This document shows, in pieces, positions 29,144 through 37,998 of a stretch of 64,000 nucleotides of DNA. The DNA is from Clostridia bacterium (GTDB lineage: Bacteria; Bacillota; Clostridia; TANB77; CAG-508), in the NCBI GenBank assembly GCA_900759015.1, contig CAAEUE010000003.1, positions 7,122 to 71,121 of the forward strand, written 5' to 3'. Numbering within the stretch: the first letter of the stretch is position 1; each line of letters starts with the position of its first letter. The position numbers and the translations under genes were made by a program. Below the pieces are notes generated by a model. That model did no database searches, was not told the DNA's origin, and worked only from the letters and a program-made list of their open reading frames with translations.

Positions 29144-30397
29144 GTGGAAAATATAATAGATGAAGCAAATAGATGTTTAAATTGTAAAGTTAAACCATGT
29201 CAAAAAGCATGCCCATTAGGAAATGATATTCCAAGTTTTATAAAGCAAGTAAAAGAAAATAATTTAGAAGAAGCTTTTAAAATTTTAACTAAAACTACAG
29301 TTTTAGGTGCAATATGTGGAAGAGTGTGTCCTCATTTTAAACAATGTATGGGTAGCTGTGTAAGAGGAATTAAGTCTGAGCCAATTAATATTGGAAATTT
29401 AGAAACTTATGTTTTTGATAATGCTTTACAAGAAAACTATATAATAGAAACAACTAATAAACTAGAAGGAAAGAAAGTTGCAGTAATTGGTGGAGGTCCT
29501 TCTGGACTTACATGTGCAGCATTTTTAAGTATAAATGGTGCTAAAGTTACAATTTATGAAAAACAACCAAAACTTGGCGGAATTACAAGATATGGTATTC
29601 CAGATTTTAGATTACCAAGAGAAGTTATAGATAAAACAGTAGAGAAAATATTAAGTTTAGGAATAGAAGCAAAATGTAATCAAACTTTAGGGAAAGATTA
29701 TGAATTAGTAGATATAGAAAAGCAATATGATGCTGTATATTTAAGTTTTGGAGCAAATGTATCATCAAAAATGAATATACCAGGTGAAGATTTAGATGGC
29801 GTATATGGAGGAAATGAATTATTAGAAACAGGAATTCATCCAGATTATACAGGTAAATCTGTTGCTGTAAGTGGTGGTGGAAATGTGGCAATGGATGCTG
29901 CAAGGACTATAAAAAGATTAGGTGCTAAAAATGTATATGTAATATATAGAAGAGCAAGAGAACAAATGCCAGCAGAAGATTACGAAGTAGAAGAAGCAAT
30001 GAAAGAGGGAGTAGAGTTTTTATTTCAAAATAATATTGTTAAAATAATAGGAAATAAAAAAGTAGAAAAATTAGAATGTATAAAAACAGAGCTTGTACAA
30101 AAAGAAGGAGAAAAAAGATTAGTTCCTGTGAATATTGAAGGTTCTAACTATACATTAGATATGGATTATATTGTAATGGCTGTTGGTTCTAAAGCAAATA
30201 AGGAAGTTGTAGAAAAAACAGGATTAGAAACAACTGAATATGGAAATATAAAGGTAGATGAAAAATATATGACATCTAGAAAAGGAGTTTTTGCTGGAGG
30301 AGATTTAATAGGAACTAAAGCAACTGTTGCTTGGGCTGCACGTTCTGGAAGAAATGCTTCAGAGGAAATACAAAAATATTTATTAGGAGAAGAATAA
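29144..30397 (+). CDS. NAD(P)H-dependent FAD/Fe-S oxidoreductase, GltD/NfnB-like glutamate-synthase small-subunit family; GTG start
   Basis: Cys-rich N-terminus (CLNCKVKPCQKACP) plus FAD/NAD Rossmann motif VAVIGGGPSGLTCA. Confidence 0.65.
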   Translation: MENIIDEANRCLNCKVKPCQKACPLGNDIPSFIKQVKENNLEEAFKILTKTTVLGAICGRVCPHFKQCMGSCVRGIKSEPINIGNLETYVFDNALQENYIIETTNKLEGKKVAVIGGGPSGLTCAAFLSINGAKVTIYEKQPKLGGITRYGIPDFRLPREVIDKTVEKILSLGIEAKCNQTLGKDYELVDIEKQYDAVYLSFGANVSSKMNIPGEDLDGVYGGNELLETGIHPDYTGKSVAVSGGGNVAMDAARTIKRLGAKNVYVIYRRAREQMPAEDYEVEEAMKEGVEFLFQNNIVKIIGNKKVEKLECIKTELVQKEGEKRLVPVNIEGSNYTLDMDYIVMAVGSKANKEVVEKTGLETTEYGNIKVDEKYMTSRKGVFAGGDLIGTKATVAWAARSGRNASEEIQKYLLGEE

Positions 30398-30852
30398 TGG
30401 AAATTAGAAGAATAAAAAAAGAGGATATTCCAGAACTATTAAGCTTAAGAATAGAACAACAAAAAGAATATCACGAATGTTTAAATGAAGAAGAAAAACA
30501 TATAATAGAATATACTAAGGACTACATAAATGAAAATTTAGATAAAGATTTGTTTATGTTTGGAGTTTTTGAAAATAATGAAATGGTTGCAATATGTGGA
30601 TATAATGTGTGGAATGGTTTCCCATCACTTACTAATCATTCTGGAAAAATTGCATATCTGTGTAGTGCCTATACAAAGCAAGAGTATAGAGGACAAGGTA
30701 TTATGAAAGAACTATTAAATAAAAGCATTAATGCAATAAAAGAAGAAGGAATAACTAGAATAAAACTTAATTCAAGTAAAGAAAATGCAATTAGAATTTA
30801 TTCAAGACTTGGATTTATAAAAGATGAAACAGCAATGATACTTGATTTATAA
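30397..30852 (+). CDS. GNAT-family N-acetyltransferase
   Basis: TAATG overlap with the upstream gene; GNAT motif A region QGIMKELLN. Confidence 0.6.
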   Translation: MEIRRIKKEDIPELLSLRIEQQKEYHECLNEEEKHIIEYTKDYINENLDKDLFMFGVFENNEMVAICGYNVWNGFPSLTNHSGKIAYLCSAYTKQEYRGQGIMKELLNKSINAIKEEGITRIKLNSSKENAIRIYSRLGFIKDETAMILDL

Positions 30853-31013
30853 ATAAAGAGTTATAAATATATTTATTAAATAATGGAAATTGTAATTTAG
30901 TATTTGGGGGATATTAAAACGTTATATAATTTGTATTAACATAAGATTTATGATATAATATTAATTGTAACAAGCAGTAGATTCACCCATTAAATGGGAG
31001 AAAGGGCACAATA

Positions 31014-31247
31014 ATGAAATTAAGCCTTAAAAATCCGTCAGATTACGGACGGTATTACATGCAGGACATAGCAGCAAGCTATGGACTGGAATGTGTCGAA
31101 GAAGCAGATAGTATTTCCATTTTTTCTTCTGACAGTGGTCTTCTCGAAGCATTAAGCTATGAAATTGAAATGGAAGTTGGAACCGGAGAATTTGAAGACC
31201 GGTTGGAAAAATACTATGATGACGATGACGACGATGATGAATGGTAA
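31014..31247 (+). CDS. small acidic protein (77 aa, poly-Asp tail), paralogue A
   Basis: Own promoter, leader and terminator. Locally elevated GC. Product ends DDDDDDDEW. Confidence 0.4.
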   Translation: MKLSLKNPSDYGRYYMQDIAASYGLECVEEADSISIFSSDSGLLEALSYEIEMEVGTGEFEDRLEKYYDDDDDDDEW

Positions 31248-31406
31248 ATGCCATGTCCAAAAACAACTCCATACGGAGTTGTTTTTGGATTATATAAAGC
31301 ATTTGGGTATAGAACAATATTTATTCATGTTGACATAATGAAAAGATATGATATAATATTTACCGTAACAAGCAGTAGATTCAGCCGAAAGGCAGAAAGG
31401 GACACT

Positions 31407-31610
31407 ATGAAACTCATAGTAACAATAGTCTCAGGCGAAGCAGTGAGCTACCTGCACGAGGTTGCAACAAAAGAGGGATTAGCTATTTATAAAAATGGTA
31501 GCGATATCACTCTTACAGGGGAAGACGAACATACCCTAGAAACCTTGGAGGAGGAGATTAGGGCAAAACTTTGCGAAGGTCTGGATTATGATATCATCTA
31601 CTTTGAGTAG
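31407..31610 (+). CDS. small acidic protein (67 aa), paralogue B
   Basis: Promoter, 5' leader and AGAAAGGGNCAC-N-ATGAAA start context conserved with paralogue A. Confidence 0.4.
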   Translation: MKLIVTIVSGEAVSYLHEVATKEGLAIYKNGSDITLTGEDEHTLETLEEEIRAKLCEGLDYDIIYFE

Positions 31611-31742
31611 ATGACATAAACAGAGAAGCAACTCGCACGAGTTGCTTTTCTGTTTTTTATATACATGTACTTAAATATGTTTACTTTTTCCATTTTTTGA
31701 TATATAATGCTTGCAAATGCAAAGAATGAAGGGATGAAGGTT

Positions 31743-34160
31743 ATGTACAATTTTAAAGAGGTAGAGAAAAAATGGCAAGATAAATGGTATGCAGAAGGTA
31801 CCTTTAATGCAAAAGATGATTATTCAAAAGAAAAATGGTATGGTTTAATAGAATTCCCATATCCATCAGGACAAGGTTTACATGTTGGACATCCAAGAAG
31901 CTATACAGCACTTGATATAATAGCAAGAAAAAGAAGAATGCAAGGATATAATGTATTATTCCCAATTGGATTTGATGCATTTGGTCTTCCAGCAGAAAAC
32001 TATGCAATAAAAAATCATGTTCATCCTAAAATAACAACAGAAAAGAATATAAATCATTTTAGAGAACAATTAAAATCTATTGGTTTCTCTTTTGACTGGT
32101 CAAGAGAAGTAAACACAACAGATCCTAATTATTATAAATGGACACAATGGATTTTTATTCAATTATATAAACATGGACTAGCATATAAAGCAACTATGCC
32201 AATCAATTTCTGTACAGGTTGTAAAGTAGGTCTAGCAAATGAGGAAGTTGTAAATGGTGTTTGTGAAAGATGTGGAAGTCCAGTTGTTCAAAAAGAAAAG
32301 AGTCAATGGATGCTAAGAATTACAAAATATGCACAAAGACTAATAGATGATTTAGATGATGTAAATTTCTTAGATAAAATTAAAGCACAACAAATAAATT
32401 GGATAGGAAGAAGTGAAGGAGCAGAGGTTAATTTTAAAATAAGCGGAACAGATGATAATCTTCTTATTTACACAACTAGACCAGATACAATATTTGGTGC
32501 AACATATATGGTTGTAGCTCCAGAACATAAATTAATAGAAAAATATAAAGATAGAATTACAAATCTTGATGAAGTAGAAGAATATAAGAGAAAAGCAGCT
32601 TTAAAATCTGATTTTGAAAGAGCAGAATTAAATAAAGAAAAAACAGGTGTAGAGATAAAAGGAATAAAAGCTGTAAATCCATTAACAAATGAAGAAATAC
32701 CAATTTGGATTTCTGACTATGTATTAATAACATATGGAACAGGTGCTATTATGGCTGTTCCAGCACATGATACAAGAGATTTTGAATTTGCTAAAAAGTT
32801 TAATTTACCAATTAAACAAGTTATAAAAGATAAAAATGCAACAAGCGAATCTAAAGAGTTAGAAGAGGCTTTTACAGATGTTAACAATGGAATTGCAATA
32901 AATTCAGATTTCTTAAATGGATTAGAATCTAAAGATGCTATAAACAAAGCAATAGAATATATAGAAGAACACAAATTAGGAGAAAGAAAAGTAAATTACA
33001 AACTTCGTGATTGGGTATTTTCTAGACAACGTTATTGGGGAGAACCAATACCAATGGTATATTGCGAAAAATGCGGTTGGGTTCCAATTCCAGAAGAAGA
33101 ATTACCATTAAAATTACCAGATGTTGAAGATTATGAACCAGGAGAAAATGGGGAATCTCCACTTGCAAAACATGAAGAATGGATTAATACTACATGTCCA
33201 CATTGTGGTGGAAAAGCAAGAAGAGAAACAGATACAATGCCACAATGGGCTGGTTCATCTTGGTATTATTTAAGATACATGGATCCACATAATGATAAGG
33301 CTCTAGCTTCAAAAGAAGCATTGGAATATTGGTCACCAGTAGATTGGTATAATGGTGGTATGGAACATACTACATTACATTTACTATATTCAAGATTTTG
33401 GCATAAATTCTTATATGATATTGGTGTAGTACCAACTAAAGAACCATATGCAAAACGTACATCTCATGGAATGATACTAGGAAGCAATGGTGAAAAGATG
33501 TCTAAATCAAAAGGAAATGTAATAAATCCAGACGAAATAGTAGATGAATTTGGAGCAGACGCATTCAGAGTTTATGAAATGTTTATGGGACCTTTTGATC
33601 AAACAGCACCATGGTCTATGGAAAGTATTAGAGGATGTATGAAGTTCTTAGATAGAGTATGGAATATGCAAGACTTCTTGATAGATGGAGAAGAATATTC
33701 AGAAAAATTTGAAAAGATGATGCATAAAGCAATAAAGAAGATTTCATCAGATATAGAAGAAATGAAATTTAATACATCTGTTGCTACATTTATGACAATG
33801 GTAAATGAATTCTATAAAGAAAAACAAATTAATAAAGCTGAATTTGCAACATTTTTACAATTATTAAATCCATTTGCACCACATATGACAGAAGAATTAT
33901 ATCAAAAAATAGGTGGTAAAGAAGAGTTAGCATATAAAGCATGGCCAACATATGATGAGGCTAAAACTATAGAAGATGAAATAGAAATTCCTGTACAAAT
34001 AAAAGGAAAAGTTAGAGCTACAATTACTATTAAAAAAGACGAAGATGAAGAAGTAGTAAAACAAAAAGCTAAAGAGGCAGTAGCAAGTCAAATAGAAGGA
34101 AAGAAAATAATAAAAGAAATATATGTTAAAAATAAAATATATAATATAGTAATTGGTTAA
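31743..34160 (+). CDS. leuS: leucyl-tRNA synthetase
   Basis: HVGH and KMSKS motifs; full-length class I LeuRS; RBS-preceded ATG at 31743. Confidence 0.9.
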   Translation: MYNFKEVEKKWQDKWYAEGTFNAKDDYSKEKWYGLIEFPYPSGQGLHVGHPRSYTALDIIARKRRMQGYNVLFPIGFDAFGLPAENYAIKNHVHPKITTEKNINHFREQLKSIGFSFDWSREVNTTDPNYYKWTQWIFIQLYKHGLAYKATMPINFCTGCKVGLANEEVVNGVCERCGSPVVQKEKSQWMLRITKYAQRLIDDLDDVNFLDKIKAQQINWIGRSEGAEVNFKISGTDDNLLIYTTRPDTIFGATYMVVAPEHKLIEKYKDRITNLDEVEEYKRKAALKSDFERAELNKEKTGVEIKGIKAVNPLTNEEIPIWISDYVLITYGTGAIMAVPAHDTRDFEFAKKFNLPIKQVIKDKNATSESKELEEAFTDVNNGIAINSDFLNGLESKDAINKAIEYIEEHKLGERKVNYKLRDWVFSRQRYWGEPIPMVYCEKCGWVPIPEEELPLKLPDVEDYEPGENGESPLAKHEEWINTTCPHCGGKARRETDTMPQWAGSSWYYLRYMDPHNDKALASKEALEYWSPVDWYNGGMEHTTLHLLYSRFWHKFLYDIGVVPTKEPYAKRTSHGMILGSNGEKMSKSKGNVINPDEIVDEFGADAFRVYEMFMGPFDQTAPWSMESIRGCMKFLDRVWNMQDFLIDGEEYSEKFEKMMHKAIKKISSDIEEMKFNTSVATFMTMVNEFYKEKQINKAEFATFLQLLNPFAPHMTEELYQKIGGKEELAYKAWPTYDEAKTIEDEIEIPVQIKGKVRATITIKKDEDEEVVKQKAKEAVASQIEGKKIIKEIYVKNKIYNIVIG

Positions 34161-34165
34161 AGAAG

Positions 34166-34209
34166 AACATTACAGTTATGTTTTGTAACATGGCTGTAAT
34201 GTTTTTTTA
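34166..34209 (+). terminator. rho-independent terminator after leuS
   Basis: AACATTACAG...CTGTAATGTT followed by T7. Confidence 0.55.
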
Positions 34210-34283
34210 ACAATAATGTTATAGAACTTTTGGGCTAATGTAGTATAATATAATTATCTATAGGTATACCAAGGAGAATAAAT

Positions 34284-35408
34284 ATGGGGATTGAATCAAA
34301 TTTAAGAAAAGAAGGAATCAAAGTTACAGAAGAACTTGATAAAATAAAAGTTAATACTATTGCAAAGAATGTTGCTCAAAAGATTGTGGCTGCATTCCCT
34401 GAACTTGACTTTAAACTAGGTGAAGTATTTATAAAACTTTCTCAATTGAAGATGTATTATGCAGAAGTGCCAAAGGGGTTTTCAGAAGCTAATTACTTTT
34501 ACAAAAACACTTCAATTTATTTTAACCAAGAAGTCCCTATAGATAAAATAGAAAATTATGCTGTTCATGAATGTATTCATTACTTACAAGAAAGAAAAGA
34601 TAAAGCAGGATTTTTATTAAGGCTAGGCTTATGTGACTTAACACAATATAAAGTTCATGGTTTAGCACTAAATGAAGCAGCAGTACAGTATGCAACTGCT
34701 AAAGCAACAAAAGAACCAAAAGATAATGTGAAATATTATGGAATTTCTTTCGATACAATTAGTCCTACTTGCTATCCATTAATTTGTAATTTGATTGCAC
34801 AAATGGCCTATGTAACGGGGGAAAAAATTCTTTTTGATAGTACCTTTAATAGCAATAATAATTTTAAAGAAGCTTTTATAAAGAAGACTTCTGAAGAAGC
34901 ATTTTATACATTAGAAAAAAATTTTGATAAGATATTAAAGCTTGAAGAAGATTTATTAAAATTAAATAATAAAATGGAACTTTCAGATAATTTGAATTCA
35001 GGACTTAATAAAAAGAGACTTAAAATAAAGAATAATATTCAAAGTACATTTATGGAATCTCAAAATTTAATAATAACTTCTTACTTTGATACAGCTTTTG
35101 AGAAAATTACTAACTTAGAAGAAGTAGAAAATTACAGAAGATCATTATACAATTACAAAGATTTAGTTGGATATGTTGATGGAATAGATACATTTAATGA
35201 ATATTATATTAAAACTATGAATAAATTAGAGAATAAATATAATGAACTAGAAAGTGGAGCTATAGATAAAAATATAGAACAAGAGAAGGCTGGCTTACCA
35301 ATTGAAAGAAAAAATAAATTTCAAGTAATATGGCAAACAATAAAGAATTTCTTATTTAAATCAGGAGATGAATATAGAAAAGAAACTCAGCAGGAGATAA
35401 ATAAATAA
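34284..35408 (+). CDS. unknown-function protein with HExxH motif (HECIHYLQE) and C-terminal coiled-coil
   Basis: AAGGAG RBS; single HEXXH zincin-like motif. Confidence 0.45.
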   Translation: MGIESNLRKEGIKVTEELDKIKVNTIAKNVAQKIVAAFPELDFKLGEVFIKLSQLKMYYAEVPKGFSEANYFYKNTSIYFNQEVPIDKIENYAVHECIHYLQERKDKAGFLLRLGLCDLTQYKVHGLALNEAAVQYATAKATKEPKDNVKYYGISFDTISPTCYPLICNLIAQMAYVTGEKILFDSTFNSNNNFKEAFIKKTSEEAFYTLEKNFDKILKLEEDLLKLNNKMELSDNLNSGLNKKRLKIKNNIQSTFMESQNLIITSYFDTAFEKITNLEEVENYRRSLYNYKDLVGYVDGIDTFNEYYIKTMNKLENKYNELESGAIDKNIEQEKAGLPIERKNKFQVIWQTIKNFLFKSGDEYRKETQQEINK

Positions 35409-35445
35409 AAAGATCTAAATTATTTAGGTCTTTTTATTTTATGTA

Positions 35446-35656
35446 TTGACAATAATGGAAAAACATGTTATTATATATGAGCGATTAAAGAAGAAGGTAA
35501 CCACTTCCACCTTGTCTATAATAATAGAAAGGTAAATAATTAAATATAAATAAATATATTGTAATTATTTTAGTGGGTTAACTTGTGTCTTTAAGTTAAT
35601 TCATTTTTTTATTGTCTAAAATAAAATTAGACGAAAATATATGGAGGTGTTTTAGA
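35446..35656 (+). promoter_or_regulatory. infC operon promoter (TTGACA-17-TATTAT) and ~175-nt structured leader (L20 autoregulatory leader type)
   Basis: Position upstream of infC-rpmI-rplT; leader contains GC-rich pairing segments (GGTAACCACTTCCACC). Confidence 0.45.
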
Positions 35657-36166
35657 ATAAAACAGGATTTACCTATTAACGAAAAAATTAGAGCCAAAGA
35701 AGTCAATCTAATAGACGAAAATGGTCAAAAATTAGGAGTAATGTCACTTAATGAAGCACTTAATATTGCTTCAGAGAAAAATTTGGATGTAGCTTTAGTT
35801 TCTCCAAATACTGTACCACCTGTTTGCAAAATTATGAATTATGGAAAATATAAATTTGAGCAAGCAAAAAGGGAAAAAGAAGCAAAGAAAAAACAAAAAG
35901 TGTTCGAATTAAAAGAAATTAGAGTAACACCTAATATAGAAGAGCATGACTTTGGTTTTAAATCTAAAAATGCAAGAAAATTCCTAGAAGATGGGGCAAA
36001 AGTAAAAATTACAGTTAGATTTAGAGGAAGAGAAGTTAATAATGTTAAATTAGGAGAAGCAGTTATCAACAAATTTATAGAGGAATTAAGCGATATAGCA
36101 TCTCCAGAAAAGAAACCTTTATTAGAAGGTAGAAATATGTTTGTAATTTTATCAAAAAAAGCATAA
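35657..36166 (+). CDS. infC: translation initiation factor IF-3, non-ATG (ATA) start
   Basis: IF-3 N- and C-domain similarity; GGAGGTG RBS 9 nt upstream of the in-frame ATA. Confidence 0.75.
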   Translation: MKQDLPINEKIRAKEVNLIDENGQKLGVMSLNEALNIASEKNLDVALVSPNTVPPVCKIMNYGKYKFEQAKREKEAKKKQKVFELKEIRVTPNIEEHDFGFKSKNARKFLEDGAKVKITVRFRGREVNNVKLGEAVINKFIEELSDIASPEKKPLLEGRNMFVILSKKA

Positions 36167-36185
36167 ATAGAAAGGAGCAATTAAA

Positions 36186-36383
36186 ATGCCAAAATTAAAA
36201 ACAAATAAAGCTGCAAGCAAAAGATATGGTTTTACAGCAAAAGGAAAAGTAAAGAGAACATCTGCAAATGCAAGACACAGATTATCTACAAAAACAAGTA
36301 GACAAAAAATGTCTAGAAAACAAAATTCTTATGCAGACAAAACATGTGTTGAAGGAATTAAAAAATTATTACCTTATGGTTAA
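36186..36383 (+). CDS. rpmI: 50S ribosomal protein L35
   Basis: MPKLKTNKAASKRY... L35 signature. Confidence 0.9.
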   Translation: MPKLKTNKAASKRYGFTAKGKVKRTSANARHRLSTKTSRQKMSRKQNSYADKTCVEGIKKLLPYG

Positions 36384-36415
36384 TAAAAAGAACGAAGAAT
36401 GAGGAGGAATAGAAA

Positions 36416-36766
36416 ATGGCAAGAGTAAAAACAGCAAGAATTACTCGTAAAAAACATAAAAAAGTATTAAAACAAGCAAAAGGATATTTTGGTGCAAAAA
36501 GATACAGATTTAGAATGGCTAAACAAGCTGTTATGAAATCTGGAATGTATGCATATATAGCTAGAAAAGATAAAAAGAGTAATTTTAGAAAATTATGGAT
36601 AGCAAGAATAAATGCAGCTGCAAGAATGAATGGAATTTCTTATAGCAAATTAATAGCTGGATTAAAGAAAGCTAATGTAACAATAAACAGAAAAATGTTA
36701 GCAGATATCGCTATAACAGATCCAAAAGCATTCACAGAAATTGCTGAAATTGCAAAAAAAGCATAA
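36416..36766 (+). CDS. rplT: 50S ribosomal protein L20
   Basis: [16 protein letters not shown]... L20 signature. Confidence 0.9.
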   Translation: MARVKTARITRKKHKKVLKQAKGYFGAKRYRFRMAKQAVMKSGMYAYIARKDKKSNFRKLWIARINAAARMNGISYSKLIAGLKKANVTINRKMLADIAITDPKAFTEIAEIAKKA

Positions 36767-36780
36767 TAAAATAAAATTCT

Positions 36781-36813
36781 AAAATACTAGTTTGTTAAAA
36801 ACTAGTATTTTTG
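36781..36813 (+). terminator. rho-independent terminator after rplT
   Basis: AAAATACTAGTT-TGTTAAAA-ACTAGTATTTTT. Confidence 0.55.
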
Positions 36814-36913
36814 CGCATAAAAAAGCATAGTATATAATAAGAAATCTATATATTTGCGATTATTGTCTTTTATTGTCTCAATAAACTAAAAATAGGAAGG
36901 GGGGAATATTTTA

Positions 36914-37411
36914 ATGGTAGAAGAGCAAAAAATATTATCAATTATAGATTATATAAATCAAAATAATATTTGTGATAAATATTTAAATAAATTGAAGAAT
37001 ATAATCGGTAATAATGCAGAAATAATATCAAGAGTAAAAGAAAAACAATCTGCAATAGACAAAATGAAAATAAGACATTTTGTTTCTGCAAATCAAATAA
37101 GTGATTTTATTGGATATATGATAATTACAGATACAGTAGAAGATGTTTATAAAATAAAAAATAGAATAGAAAATAACTTGGGAAATTGTTTAGAGGAAGA
37201 TTATATAAAAAATCCAAAGAATGGTTATAAAAGTATACATTTAAACTATTTAGTAGAAAAAAATATTCCTCTAGAGATTCAAATAAAAACAAAGCAAATG
37301 AAGGCAGCACAAGATATAGTGCATGATAAAATATATAAGAATTTTAATTTATCAGAAGAATTAAGAAATGTGCTTAGCAATTTAGTGTTTTTAAAAGTTC
37401 TAAAGCAATAA
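36914..37411 (+). CDS. small RelA/SpoT-synthetase-domain protein (SAS-like, 165 aa)
   Basis: Synthetase-fold motifs SRVKEKQSAIDKMKIR, DFIGYMIIT, GYKSIHLNY and EIQIKTKQM...H. Confidence 0.55.
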   Translation: MVEEQKILSIIDYINQNNICDKYLNKLKNIIGNNAEIISRVKEKQSAIDKMKIRHFVSANQISDFIGYMIITDTVEDVYKIKNRIENNLGNCLEEDYIKNPKNGYKSIHLNYLVEKNIPLEIQIKTKQMKAAQDIVHDKIYKNFNLSEELRNVLSNLVFLKVLKQ

Positions 37412-37423
37412 AGATTTTAATCT

Positions 37424-37834
37424 TTATTGCTTTTTCATTTTAGGTTTTGCAATTAAAGAAGCTAAATAACCAAAGAATATTGCAGCAGCAATTCCACCTG
37501 CTGCATTTTTTATACCACCAGTAAAAGCACCAAGAAGCCCAGAAGTTTTAACGCCTTCTATTGCACCTTTTGCTAAATTGTATCCAAAACCAGTAAGAGG
37601 AACAGTTGCACCAGCGCCTGCAAAATCAACTAAATATTTATATAAACCAAGTCCACCTAAAATAACACCAGCAGTTACAAAAGTAACTAATATTCTAGCA
37701 GAAGTTAGTTTAGTTTTATCAATTAAAATTTGTCCTATTACACATATTAATCCACCAACGACAAAAGCTTTTAAAAGTGTAGACCATTCAAAAACAGCTG
37801 ACCAATCAATATTACTCATGAAATCTCCTCCCAA
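37424..37834 (-). CDS. spoVAEb: stage V sporulation protein AEb
   Basis: SpoVAC/SpoVAEb family signature VGGLICVIGQIL...DFAGAGATVPLTGFG. Confidence 0.75.
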   Translation of the reverse strand: MGGDFMSNIDWSAVFEWSTLLKAFVVGGLICVIGQILIDKTKLTSARILVTFVTAGVILGGLGLYKYLVDFAGAGATVPLTGFGYNLAKGAIEGVKTSGLLGAFTGGIKNAAGGIAAAIFFGYLASLIAKPKMKKQ

Positions 37835-37885
37835 GGATTTAGAAACGTTCTTTTTATAGAGATTTCAAAGAACGTTTCTTAATCT
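37835..37885. repeat. two degenerate REP halves in inverted orientation forming a 13-bp-stem hairpin (AGAAACGTTCTTT / AAAGAACGTTTCT)
   Basis: GGATTTAGAAACGTTC... and GATTTCAAAGAACGTTTCTTAATC; lies between spoVAEb and the divergent 660-aa gene. Confidence 0.5.
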
Positions 37886-37998
37886 CGAATTATTTTATAC
37901 TAATATTTTGTGCACGAATTGATAATTTTATACAGTTTTGGAATATTGAATGCTAGAAAAAGTTATGATAAAATTATTAAAAAATTGATTTTTAAAGG

